Positions 25,030 through 36,522 of a DNA stretch of 38,918 bases are shown in pieces. Under the pieces are notes generated by a model. It was not told where the DNA came from and searched no databases. It saw nothing but the letters and a program-made list of their open reading frames with translations. The stretch comes from Octopus bimaculoides (Eukaryota). Where the stretch lies: NCBI RefSeq assembly GCF_001194135.2, contig NC_068981.1, forward strand, positions 64,453,641 to 64,492,558, written 5' to 3'. Each line of letters opens with the position of its first letter. The first letter of the stretch is position 1. The translations under genes and the position numbers were made by a program.

Positions 25030-25440
25030 AACCTATATCAAGGGAATATTTTTTAAGCTCACATGCAATAAGTGCAGTATGCCTTTCTGGCTTCTTGTTG
25101 AGATTATCATCAAGAAGTATGCGCACATTCCAACAGAAAAAATTCAAAGGATGTTTATTTTTACTTTTTCTTGAAGATTGTTTGACCACAATGGCAGGAT
25201 GAGGATCGGTCCCAGCCTGTGATAAACTGGGATACCTGCTGAGCCAGACCTATTCCCCTGACGTTCCCAACCTTGTGTGACATGAGAATTGACAAAACCA
25301 GGAACTTCCAAAGCCTCCGGTTTTATTTCGGAGATTTCCTTCTCCTAGGTAGATTACCAACCAAGGTTAAAGAGCTTCTACCTGCCCATGAGGTAAGCTA
25401 TCCCATTCCAGACACCATACTGACGCTCAAACACTCTATA
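25030..25440 (-). mobile_element. RTE-clade LINE 5' end: 5' UTR plus start of APE endonuclease
   Basis: ORF from 25189: MVKQSSRKSKNKHPLNFFCWNVRILLDDNLNKKPERHTALIACELKKYSLDIG, matching the RTE motif WNVRTLLD..PERRTALIA.EL..Y.IDI. Upstream leader ggcaggtagaagctctttaaccttggttggtaatctacctaggagaaggaaatctccg resembles recalled RTE leaders. Confidence 0.85.
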
Positions 25441-25789
25441 AAGTGATCAAATATCACTCCGGTGACCGACGCGGAGTAGCTCGTTCAAACATAAAAAAAA
25501 AGAAAAAAGAAAAGGACAGTACGATATGTGATTTGCAAATGTAAATAAGAAATGATATATATAAATAATATATATAAATATAAAAAAAGTAAAAGATATA
25601 TATAAATACGTATATAAAAGTAAAAATATAAAAGGTACGCTGTATGAATAAGAATTGAATAAGAATTAAATATAAATAATATATATAAGTATCAAAAACG
25701 TAAGAGATATGCAATTAAAATATATAAAGTAAAATTTAAATAGAAATAATATATATATAAAAGTGAAAATATACATATGCCTACATATG

Positions 25790-26010
25790 AAAAAGTTATA
25801 TACATATTTACAGATGTTTTGTTGGATGGTCGTTCACTGTTCAGGAGTTCCTCTGCCCTTTGACGGGTCTTACTTTTCATCCCGCAGTGCGTCCAATAAC
25901 ACCCTCCTCACCAAGCAAGCCTGGTGGGGTTGCCAGTTTAGTCGCCGACGACCCGACCATGCAACAGGTTGTACTGGATTACATATTATCAGTAGTACTC
26001 AAGAACAACC
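25790..26010 (-). mobile_element. Probable non-LTR retroelement 5' leader fragment (GC-richer island)
   Basis: Minus strand ccagtacaacctgttgcatggtcgggtcgtcggcgactaaactggcaaccccaccagg..gaggagggt..; resembles recalled LINE leaders only, no coding support. Confidence 0.3.
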
Positions 26011-26437
26011 TAACATACATACATACATACATACATGCATACATACATACATACATACATACATACATACACACATACATACATGCATACAAACATACAT
26101 ACATAAAGATATAGCGGATATAAGCATATAACTCTATTTGAGATACGTATGTAGATATGCAGTCAGACAAGCGTAAGTACATACACCCATATCGACATGC
26201 AAACAAGAAAGTTTTCTCATACACAAAAGTTGGTGTTTACATAAACAACTATATATTGATAGACGCTAAAGCACACTAGCGCTGCCTAAACTGAAATACA
26301 AACAAAATATCAATCATCTGTGGAATTCCATACACACATCTACACTCGGAGAACAGACAGATGCAAATGCATACTCAGAGAAAAAAACAAACACATGTAT
26401 GCATATGTGTGTGTGTGTTTGTGTGTGTGTGTGTCTG

Positions 26438-26495
<58 letters not shown>

Positions 26496-26539
26496 CATCT
26501 ACATGTAAGTGTGTGTGCGCGTGTGTATATATATGATAT

Positions 26540-26762
26540 GGTTATTGTTCAACATATGTGCAACATGTGAAAAGGTGTGCCTTTCATTTCGAGGATTGAA
26601 AAGGCATGTCAAAAGAGTTCATACTGTGTCACCTGTTCTTTCTGCCACAGCTGGGCATTATGCAAGAGTCATACAAAGGCCTCACATTGCATCAACATTG
26701 ACTCGTTTCAATGACTCGTCTCTTTAGCAATGGCATTGCTCGTATACGAGACGGCAGCTAAG
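26540..26762 (+). mobile_element. RTE-type LINE 3' end with one C2H2 finger
   Basis: CATCEKVCLSFRGLKRHVKRVH in ORF 26509-26727; terminus gctcgtatacgagacggcagctaa resembles RTE 3' stem-loop ends. Confidence 0.6.
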
Positions 26763-27469
26763 ATATACATGCCTGTATATATANNNNNNNNNNNNNNNNN
26801 NNNNNNNNNNNNNNNNNNNNNNNNNNNNNNNNNNNNNNNNNNNNNNNNNNNNNNNNNNNNNNNNNNNNNNNNNNNNNNNNNNNNNNNNNNNNNNNNNNNN
26901 NNNNNNNNNNNNNNNNNNNNNNNNNNNNNNNNNNNNNNNNNNNNNNNNNNNNNNNNNNNNNNNNNNNNNNNNNNNNNNNNNNNNNNNNNNNNNNNNNNNN
27001 NNNNNNNNNNNNNNNNNNNNNNNNNNNNNNNNNNNNNNNNNNNNNNNNNNNNNNNNNNNNNNNNNNNNNNNNNNNNNNNNNNNNNNNNNNNNNNNNNNNN
27101 NNNNNNNNNNNNNNNNNNNNNNNNNNNNNNNNNNNNNNNNNNNNNNNNNNNNNNNNNNNNNNNNNNNNNNNNNNNNNNNNNNNNNNNNNNNNNNNNNNNN
27201 NNNNNNNNNNNNNNNNNNNNNNNNNNNNNNNNNNNNNNNNNNNNNNNNNNNNNNNNNNNNNNNNNNNNNNNNNNNNNNNNNNNNNNNNNNNNNNNNNNNN
27301 NNNNNNNNNNNNNNNNNNNNNNNNNNNNNNNNNNNNNNNNNNNNNNNNNNNNNNNNNNNNNNNNNNNNNNNNNNNNNNNNNNNNNNNNNNNNNNNNNNNN
27401 NNNNNNNNNNNNNNNNNNNNNNNNNNNNNNNNNNNNNNNNNNNNNNNNNNNTATATATATGTATGTATT

Positions 27470-27847
27470 CATTTACCTATTTCAATCATTTGACTGCAGC
27501 CATGCTGCAACACCGCCTTTTGGCAAACAAAACGATTCCAGGACCTATTCTTTGTAAGCTCAATAGTTATCTTATCATTCACTTTTGCCGAACTGCTAGG
27601 CTACGGGGACATAAGCACACCACCATCGGTTGTCAAGCGATGGTGGGGGGGGGGATAATCACAGACACACACACGCCAATATATATATATATGCATATGA
27701 CAGCTTCTCCCAGTTTCCGTCTACCAAATCCACTCACTCGAGCTTTGGTCGGCTCGAGGCTATATTAGAATACACTTGCCCAAGGTGCCACGCAGTGGAG
27801 CTGAACCCGGAACCGTGTGGTTGGGAAGCCAGCTTCTTACCACACGG
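27470..27847 (-). mobile_element. SINE family B, near full length
   Basis: Colinear reverse complement of 29230-29660 including head, short internal microsatellite and 3' half. Confidence 0.9.
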
Positions 27848-27894
27848 ATATATGTTGTTTACTGTTGGTAACGTTCTGTACTGATATATGCATA

Positions 27895-28033
<139 letters not shown>

Positions 28034-28517
28034 TGTTCTAGATGAACACGCATATATACGTATATGTGCGTACGCACGTACGTATAGATGTATGTCTATG
28101 TATGTGTATGCGTGTGTGTGTAGTTATATGTTTGTACATATATATAAATATACAAATATATATACATATGAAGAGACAAAGCTCAGTAGGAGCATTCACA
28201 CATATAACTTCGTACATAATTTTTACATTTACATCCTTTCTTCGTTACAATTCACACATTTCGCTGTCACAATTTTAATTCATATGTCACTCTAGGACAT
28301 ATAATTTGTATACGTCACTGTCACACGCCACTTCAATTGGCTCCTCTCTGCTGAGGTTGTGACTTTAATTTCTATATGTACCCACCTCATCACCTCTTTG
28401 TTTCGGATATTTTAATTTCTGACACTTATTACACAAAATTTTTTACACGCATCTTACTTTACAACCACTCTTTTTAAATAGACTTTATCTTTTTACTGCG
28501 GAAAGGAAAAAAGAGAC

Positions 28518-28819
28518 TAACATCGTGGTGGTGGTGGTGGGGGGTAGTGGTGGTGGTGGTGGTCGTCGTCGTCGTCGTCACCGTCGTCGTCGTCATCCTG
28601 TCCATCGTCATCCCCATCACCATCAGCGTCGTCGTCATCATCATCACCATCGTCCTCGTCGTCGTCATCATTATGACCATCGTCATCGTCATCATCATCA
28701 TCGTCGTCATCGTCATCATCATCATCAAATATCATCAACCTGACCATCGTCATCATCATCACCATCATCGTCATCATCATCATCATCACCATCGTCCTCG
28801 TCGTCGTCATCATTATGAC

Positions 28820-28856
<37 letters not shown>

Positions 28857-29030
28857 GTCATCGACATCGTCATCATCATCACCATCGTCATCGTCATCAC
28901 ATCATCACCATCGCCATCACCTTCATCGTCGTCGTCATCGTCGTCAATTTCATCATCATCATCATTGCCATCGTCGTCGTCGTCATTGTCATCATCATCA
29001 ACAGCAACAGCATCATCATCGTTTTCATCA
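28518..29030. repeat. Trinucleotide field (GGT)n, (CGT)n, (CAT)n
   Basis: Direct reading. Confidence 0.95.
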
Positions 29031-29229
29031 TAAAGAATGCATTTGGATATCATACGAGTATGCAGCGTCAAAATCGCAGAAAAATGGTTTGAATACGAAC
29101 CGTAGGCTATGTTAGAATATGTTAGAATATGTTAGAATATGAGAATTCCAGGATCTTGTGGGATTTCCACGCAAAAATTGACATCATATTGGAGCAACAA
29201 GACCGAATATGATTATAAATACACAAATA

Positions 29230-29392
29230 GGCGTAGGAGTGGCCGTGTGGTAAGTAGCTTGCTGACCAACCACATGGTTCTGGGTTGAATCCCACTGCGT
29301 GGCACCTTGGGCAAGTGTCTTCTACTATAGCCTCGGGCCGACCAAAGCCTTGTGAGTGGATTTGGTAGACGGAAACTGAAAGAAGCCCGTCG

Positions 29393-29467
<75 letters not shown>

Positions 29468-29670
29468 CTGTGTTTGTCCCCCAACATCGCTTGACAACCG
29501 ACGGTGGTGTGTTTACGTCCCCGTAACTTAGCGGTTCGGCAAAAGAGACCGATAGAATAAGTACTAGGCTTCCAAAGAATAAGTCCTGGGATCGACTTGA
29601 TCGACTAAAGGCGGTGCTCCAGCATGGCCGCAGTCAAATGACTGAAACAAGTAAAAGAGTAAAGAGTAAA
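29230..29670 (+). mobile_element. SINE family B, full-length tRNA-derived copy with internal (TA)n(TG)n
   Basis: A-box-like tggccgtgtggtaag and B-box-like gggttgaatcccac; body ccttgggcaagtgtcttc; internal microsatellite 29397-29475; tail gaaacaagtaaaagagtaaagagtaa. Confidence 0.92.
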
Positions 29671-29674
29671 CAAG

Positions 29675-29805
29675 ATTCTACAATTCACTATGATAGCAAA
29701 GACGAGCTCTAAGAAATTGAAAAGATCGGGAAATATCAAGATCTAGCAAGGGAGCTGAAGGGACTGTGGGAGACTAAAGCAACGGTTATTCCTGTGATAA
29801 TTTGT
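29675..29805 (+). mobile_element. R4/Dong-clade LINE fragment, restriction-like endonuclease region
   Basis: Translation from 29713: EIEKIGKYQDLARELKGLWETKATVIPVII (EK..KY.DL..EL..LW...V.VIP motif of RLE non-LTR elements). Confidence 0.75.
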
Positions 29806-30084
29806 CTAAAAATATCTAATTTACCGACCGCAAAAGGATGAAATTCAAAGTTTTCATCGGTGGGATGTCTCATCCAGTTTGTCCTTCTGTAACATGTATC
29901 TCTACCTGCGCATGCATTTGTGTTTGTATCTGTGTGTGTAACTATGTCTTTGGCATGAGTATTGTGTCTTCTCTGCGTGTTTACGGGTTTGCATTTGACA
30001 TTATTTGTATCCATGTTTTTTTTTTGTCTTTATCCTATTCCACCCAACACCACAACCTGACGACTGCTGGGAGTATGGGAGTAT

Positions 30085-30275
30085 AGGAAAAGAAAAACAA
30101 AGGCAGGCATACAAAGAGTGTAATATACCATCCTTGTCCTGTCTATTCACAAGAGGGAATAGACAGGACAAGACCGGAGAGAAGAGGAGACATGAAGAAA
30201 AGATAGCCATTGAAGAGGTCACAGAATGTGTGGCGAAAGAACTCTGGAAAATAAACTAATAGTAATAATAAAGCT
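30085..30275 (+). mobile_element. Possible RLE-type (HERO/NeSL-like) LINE 3' end with (TAA)n tail
   Basis: SLSCLFTR..TGEKRRHEEKIAIEEVTECVAKELWKIN* followed by taatagtaataataa; weak resemblance to recalled HERO C-termini. Confidence 0.3.
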
Positions 30276-30344
30276 AAAGTCAAGATCAAATAAATTGTAT
30301 GTATGTTTATTGGCAAAATGAACACCACCAAATAAATCCATATA

Positions 30345-30500
30345 TATGAATGAAAAAATACGCATTAAGAACAGGACATCACCACCAACGAGTGAAAAAT
30401 ACATAAGCAGACAATGAGAGATAAGTACGGGGCAAAATACCAAAAGAGGTCTAACCCCTCCTCAGTTGTCGACTGTGATATTACTTCCTGTTTCGTACTT
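30345..30500 (-). mobile_element. Penelope-like repeat fragment (copy 1 of local pair)
   Basis: Homologous to 31318-31465 (cattaagaacaggacatcacca..cagttgtcgactgtgatatta.. cctgttt). Confidence 0.6.
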
Positions 30501-30715
30501 TTAACGACAAGACAGGAAAACTTCATAAGACAACAGCTTCCAGAAATTTTTAAAGTATAAAATTTGTGGAGGGTTAGGGCTTCGAACGAACAAACGACAC
30601 CAGAGTGGACATACGGAAGAAAACAATGGACGCAGACAGACATTAAGACCGTTAGGCCAAGATGAATTGTAATGGGTAACGCCTGAGAGAAATTTTGAAA
30701 AGATATATCCTTACG

Positions 30716-30787
30716 TTGTCGATAAAATAAGTACCCATCGAACACTGGGGGTGATTCAATCGACTTACCCCCAGTGCCAAAATTTAA

Positions 30788-30790
<3 letters not shown>
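30716..30790 (+). mobile_element. SINE family A, 3' fragment
   Basis: gtcgataaaataagtacc..cactgggggtgattcaatcgacttacccc..gtgccaaaattt. Confidence 0.7.
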
Positions 30791-30970
<180 letters not shown>

Positions 30971-30974
30971 CATT

Positions 30975-31465
30975 TCGAGAAGCGAAATAAATGACGTCCG
31001 GCTGATGGTCGTCGAATCCAGAAAAGACAGAGAGACAAGAAAAATGGCTGCAGTCATGTGAGCAACGGGCAGAGGGAAAGTGAGACAAGAGAGAAGATGA
31101 GGGAAAGAAACAGAAGGAGAGAGGAGAAGGGAGAAGGAAAGAAAGAAAGACAGATATAGGGCAGCAAAGAAGGAGGGGAAAAGAGATAGAGAGGATGATA
31201 GAGGGACAGAGAGAAAGAAAAGAAAATAGGCAGGGGACAGAGTGTTGAGTCGCAGAGACTATATATAAATGTAAAAACTTACTGATGACAAGGACTGCGT
31301 GGCGTTCAATTATTCAATAAATGAAAAATATACACATTAAGAACAGGACATCACCAACGAGTGAAAAATATGTAAATACACAACGAGGGATAAGTACTGC
31401 ACAAAATACGAAAAGAAGTCTACCCCACACCAGTTGTCGACTGTGATATTACCCCCTGTTTTGGG
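30975..31465 (-). mobile_element. Penelope-like repeat fragment (copy 2), related to the 13.5-14.9 kb unit
   Basis: Shares aaaacttact..aagga.tgcgtggcgttc (31275-31310 vs 14275-14305), a purine-rich block, and taccc..cagttg..cccctgttt (31420-31462 vs 13778-13803). Confidence 0.55.
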
Positions 31466-32034
31466 CTTCTTAAGGCTAACAGATCTGTATTAGTCTGTAT
31501 CTTTTTTGTTGTTGATTTATCTCCGGGCATAGTTTTTTCTGGTGTTTTTAAACTTACGAATTGTTCACTCTGCGTTAGTTCAAAAATAAAAAAAGTGTTT
31601 TGTATTGTTTTTGTTTTTGCTTCGTTTGTGACACGTGTATGTGTGTCCTGTAAATTTCACGTAGCTTTGTAAGCTATACGTATGGGTATTAAAATGTATA
31701 TATGATTGCATAGACATTCGAGTGTAAGCGTAATTACTCAGTTCATATACTTATTGTTTTGTTCCATTTGTATTTTATAATTTGTAAACTTTCCGACGTT
31801 GATTTCGCGTGTGCGCTTCGCACATGTTTCACTGTGACATCATGCAAAGGAGAAACTGTGCTTCGTATTGCAGCAAAATTTCGTTTTTGTGATTATTCTC
31901 ATTAAAAGGCTGCTTCCTTCAATTCCTACACAGGTTCCTTTATTTCATTCAACCGATGTTATTAGATGAGATTTCTTTTAATGAAGAGCTCAGTGTAGCA
32001 CATCCCCGTTGTTATTCAGCGCAGAGCTGAATCG

Positions 32035-32191
32035 TTATTATTATTATTATTGTTCAGTAGTTTTATTTTTATAACGTGCTTTCACTTCACTACCGGGCGC
32101 AGCTCTGTGTGCCTTGGGTATGTGCTGTGGTTTGCTGTGATGCTCTTGTGGTTACTGTATTGAAAGTGTTTTGCGTAGGATGTGTGCAGTT
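32035..32191 (-). mobile_element. R4/Dong-clade LINE extreme 3' end with (TAA)n tail
   Basis: Minus strand act gca cac atc cta cgc aaa aca ctt tca ata cag taa = TAHILRKTLSIQ* (GTAHILRK motif ends Dong/R4 ORFs), followed by a 3' UTR and aataataataa tail. Confidence 0.8.
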
Positions 32192-32250
32192 ATTAATATT
32201 ATAATAATAATAATTATTATTATTATTATTATTACCGTTATTATTATTAA

Positions 32251-32460
32251 GGCTGTGCGCTAGCAGAATCGTTAGCAAACTGCGTAGCGGCATTTCGTCC
32301 GTCATTACGTTCTGAGTTCAAATTGCGCAGAAGTCGACTTTGCCTTTCATCCTTTTGAAGTCGATAAATTAACTACCAGTGGCACACTGGGGTCGATGTA
32401 ATCGACTAGACCCCTCCCACCAAATTTCAGGCCTTGTGTTTTTAGAAGAAAGGATTATTA
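32251..32460 (+). mobile_element. SINE family A with ..ggccttgtg..agaaaggattatta tail
   Basis: Homology to 37583 and 37964 copies. Confidence 0.88.
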
Positions 32461-32474
32461 TCATTATTATTACC

Positions 32475-32527
32475 AAGGCGGCGATTTGGTTAAATGTTTA
32501 GCACGCCGGGCACAATGCTTAGTAGCA
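32475..32527 (+). mobile_element. SINE family A head fragment
   Basis: aaggcggcgatttggttaaatgtttagcacgccgggcacaatgcttag. Confidence 0.7.
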
Positions 32528-32777
32528 TATGAGTGTTTCTGTTTCTATCTTCATGTTATTCCTCATCCATAACCACCGGTCCTGTGTATCTATCTTGGCG
32601 TTCACAGCTCTTGCAAACTGACCGTACATTTTTCCTTCCGTACATTTTCTTTTTTTTTTTTTTTCCTTCATTTCTTGTTTAAATTTTTCTTTAGTTACAC
32701 AATTTCAGTTTTGATGACGCTGGCCTTCTTCGTGTGTTTCAACAGTGGCTCCACGGCATTTATCATCATCATCATCA

Positions 32778-32837
<60 letters not shown>

Positions 32838-33039
32838 GCACCATTCCCGCAATTACCATTACGCTCACCATCGTACCATCACCAGCACCATCATTTCTAT
32901 CATAATAGTGCTCGTCTATAATTCTATGCAATTAATCACACAATGTCAATTCGCTTTGTTCTTTAAGATTAAAATAAAAATAATGTATATGATTAATGAA
33001 CATATATTTGAGACTTGCAGACACTTATAATGTCAGAGA

Positions 33040-33535
33040 TTTACTTTCCACTCTCTAACAACCGAGTAATAGACGCGAGATGAATTTCTTGCTCATAGGA
33101 CACTCTTCCATTGTGTTTATAACTACCGATACATCTGGCAGATTTACATTACCTGATGAATTTAATGCATGTAACAAACACAAACTGAAACTTAACGCTA
33201 AAAATGTTGTGTTGTAGGGACCACGAGTGTCTGAACTGAAGACCTATCAGCTAATACGCCAATGTTTTCTCAACTAGACCACTTCAGTTTCAGCTTTCTT
33301 GTTTGTGTCTAATTTTTTTTTAATTATTTCATTCAACAAGCTTGACTAGTCTTGATCGTAGGCTATGCACAGTCATAATCAAGATTCTTCCCAGTTTGAT
33401 CGAAACCGATAACTCGAGTTTACGAAGCAAAGTTCTTAAACTTTCGGCCGTACCTGTATCCAATTTAGTACATATTCGCAAACCCATATAAACATCACTT
33501 CGACAAGCACACACATTATATCTAAGAAAACAAAT
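33040..33535 (-). pseudogene. Degenerate hAT-superfamily transposase fragment
   Basis: Minus strand: MGLRICTKLDTGTAESLRTLLRKLEL..IKLGRILIMTV (like flG...l.dgTAesi...l......l.l..i.g..tD) and SLCLLHALNSS..LPDVSVVINTM (CxxH motif). The order is consistent with the hAT catalytic core. Confidence 0.45.
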
Positions 33536-33537
33536 GA

Positions 33538-33740
33538 CATCCTTTCTACTACAGGTACAAGGCCTGGCAGTTTGAGGGAAGGATTTAGTCAATTACATCA
33601 ACCCCAGTGCTCAACTAGTACAATTTCATCGACCTCGAAAGGATGAAAGGTAAAGTCGATCTCTATGGTGTTTGAATTCAGAATCTAAAGAAAAACGACA
33701 TGCTACTATGCATTTTGTTTGGCGTGCTAAAGCTTTCTTG
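33538..33740 (-). mobile_element. SINE family A with agtagaaaggat tail
   Basis: Reverse complement of family A; tail ggccttgtacctgtagtagaaaggat. Confidence 0.8.
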
Positions 33741-33760
33741 ATAATAACAATAATAATAAT

Positions 33761-33937
33761 GGTTTCAAATTTTGACACAAGGCCAGCAAATTCGTGGGAG
33801 GAGGAAATTCGATTACATTGACCCCAGTACTCAATGTTAGTTATTTTATCGACCCATAAATGACAAAAGAGAAAGTGGACATCGGTGGCGTTTGAACTCA
33901 GAACTTAAAGACCGACGAAATGCCACTAAGCATTGGC
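33761..33937 (-). mobile_element. SINE family A with aaaatttgaaacc(att)n tail
   Basis: Reverse complement of family A; tail ggccttgtgtcaaaatttgaaaccattattatt. Confidence 0.8.
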
Positions 33938-34004
33938 AAAATGATTTATGTTATTTGAAAGAGAATTTTTTGATCTACAAGATAGTGCTTTGATTTTAGA
34001 ATTT

Positions 34005-34300
34005 TATTGATCTTTTGCATTTAATCGAGGAGTTAAGCCCACCGAAGTTGCTTGTGAGATTTGTGCTGTGTATGGAGAAGGAGCAATGCCACGAAGTACC
34101 ACCCACCGTTGGTTCGCGCGCTTCAAAAATGGGAATTTTGATCTCAAGGACGGATCATACACAGGTCGACCAATTGAGTACAATGAAGAGCGATTGAATC
34201 AACTTCTTCACGAAAATCCACGTCAAACCACCAGAGAATTGGCGGAGCAGATGGATTGTGATAAAAAAAACAACAACTGTGGCGCACAACTTTCACTCTA
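34005..34300 (+). pseudogene. Mariner transposase N-terminal (HTH) fragment
   Basis: FAFNRGVKPTEVACEICAVYGEGAMPRSTTHRWFARFKNGNFDLKDGSYTGRPIEYNEERLNQLLHENPRQTTRELAEQM; no TIR pair found. Confidence 0.85.
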
Positions 34301-34549
34301 TGGTCATGGTTCGTCGAACTCAATTAGTCGAACGGTGTGTGGTCTGTCCTTGAGGTTGAAATTCCCATTTTTGAAGCGCGAAAACCAATGGCGGGCGGTA
34401 CATACACCGCATTAGTGAATAGAATTTCTTTAATTTTGTATTAAGGCTACCATTGGTTTCATGTTACGAAAAATAGAAAAGCATCTTAATTTCTTAACAA
34501 TTTTTCAAGCTGATCACATGGAGGAATGGTGTTCGTCTCCATTTTGGAT

Positions 34550-34552
<3 letters not shown>

Positions 34553-34611
<59 letters not shown>
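34553..34611. repeat. (CA)n microsatellite
   Basis: Direct reading. Confidence 0.95.
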
Positions 34612-34612
<1 letters not shown>

Positions 34613-35309
34613 ACTAATAATCTGTTTGTTTAAAATCTACTTCTAGATCCACCTATGCTTTATTTATTTCTCTTTCCTTTATTATAAATCTAGACTTGCG
34701 GCTTCAGAAATGGAAAAGTAAAAACGAATAACGAAATAAAGGATCATTGTTAATAATGGTTCTTATTCCTGTTCTATATTGTTCTCATTTAAAACCAATA
34801 TTTCCTCATAAAATTCTAATGTGAGACAATTGATAGAAGAACCAACAGATTTTTAATTGAAAAACTTGTCGAAATAAGAAAAAAACTTGCCATAAGGAAG
34901 CAGATGGGTTTCGAACAAAAAAAAAAAAAGGTTAGTAACACAATGAAACAAAACGAAATAAAACATTGTATCAACATTGATGACAACAGAGACATCAAAC
35001 CATGCTAATGATTCTATTTCCTTAAAGTTTAAGGGCTGTCTCTTGGGGCAGCCGCAATTTCCTTTATTTCACAAGCTTTTCCATTTTCTCTTTCTTTGTC
35101 ATCGTTGTTGCTATTTTCTATGTTGTTGTTGTTGTTGCTATTGAAATCGTTGTTTTTAATGTTGTAGTTGTAGGTGTTGTTGTTGTTGTTGTAACTGTTA
35201 TTGTCATTGTTGCCGGGTTTTTTCCCCCCGTTTTTCTTTATTAGTTACTTTTGTCTTTTGTTTTTAGTCAATGCTATTTCACATTTTGTTTTTCTTTTTT
35301 TCCTTAATT

Positions 35310-35357
<48 letters not shown>

Positions 35358-35633
35358 NNNNNNNNNNNNNNNNNNNNNNNNNNNNNNNNNNNNNNNNNNN
35401 NNNNNNNNNNNNNNNNNNNNNNNNNNNNNNNNNNNNNNNNNNNNNNNNNNNNNNNNNNNNNNNNNNNNNNNNNNNNNNNNNNNNNNNNNNNNNNNNNNNN
35501 NNNNNNNNNNNNNNNNNNNNNNNNNNNNNNNNNNNNNNNNNNNNNNNNNNNNNNNNNNNNNNNNNNNNNNNNNNNNNNNNNNNNNNNNNNNNNNNNNNNN
35601 NNNNNNNNNNNNNNNNNNNNNNNNNNNNNNNNN

Positions 35634-35658
35634 ATATATATATATATATATATATCAC

Positions 35659-35729
<71 letters not shown>

Positions 35730-35745
35730 CTCCCTCTCTCTCCTT
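35634..35745. repeat. (TA)n(CTAT)n(CT)n microsatellite
   Basis: Direct reading. Confidence 0.95.
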
Positions 35746-36522
35746 TCTCCCTCGACTCACGGCCTCTCCTTCTCTCAGTCTTTATATTTCAATTATATTT
35801 CACTCTGCTTCTTCTGTTTAGTTTTTGTTATTGGCTTAAAATAATACGTTTTTTTTTTCTTTTTTTACCAACCCCTCTCTCCCTCTTTCTCCCCACTTCC
35901 TTCTTTCCTTCCTCACTTTCTCTTTCCCTTTTCGTTCCTATCCTGTTTCTTTTTGCCTCCCCTCCTCCTGTTACTATTTTTTCTTCATTTTTCCAACTAG
36001 TTCCGCAATATCAATAATATTTATTATATATTTGTTTCATTGTTTATTTTACAACGGTGCAACTATTGTTGTTAGTGAAAACCAGAGGGAAGGGAGGTAA
36101 CCCACCACCCTCTATCCAATGACCAACAGAGCATGCAAAGGTGGCCACCTATTGTTTCATCCTCTCCCTCTCCCTCATCATCACAAACGCCACAATTATC
36201 TCCGTCACAGGGCCCATCACTATCCTTATCGCAATCAACTTCACTTTTTTTATGTTGCCCTTTATATAATCTTTATTTTTATTTTTATTTTCCGTCATTC
36301 CAATCACGCCCAAATACTCAGACAATACATACAAACAAGTACATCCCCTCACAAACTCATGCAAACACTAACCTGTGTGTTTCTGTGCGTGTGTATAACT
36401 GTTAAATTAAGGTTATTTAAGTTAGTTACAGAATGAACAAACGAAGCATTTAGTAATGAGATCACTCAATAAGGAGAGTAGAGTCAAATTTATTGCGAAT
36501 TCCGTGTTGACGAGGACTTCAA

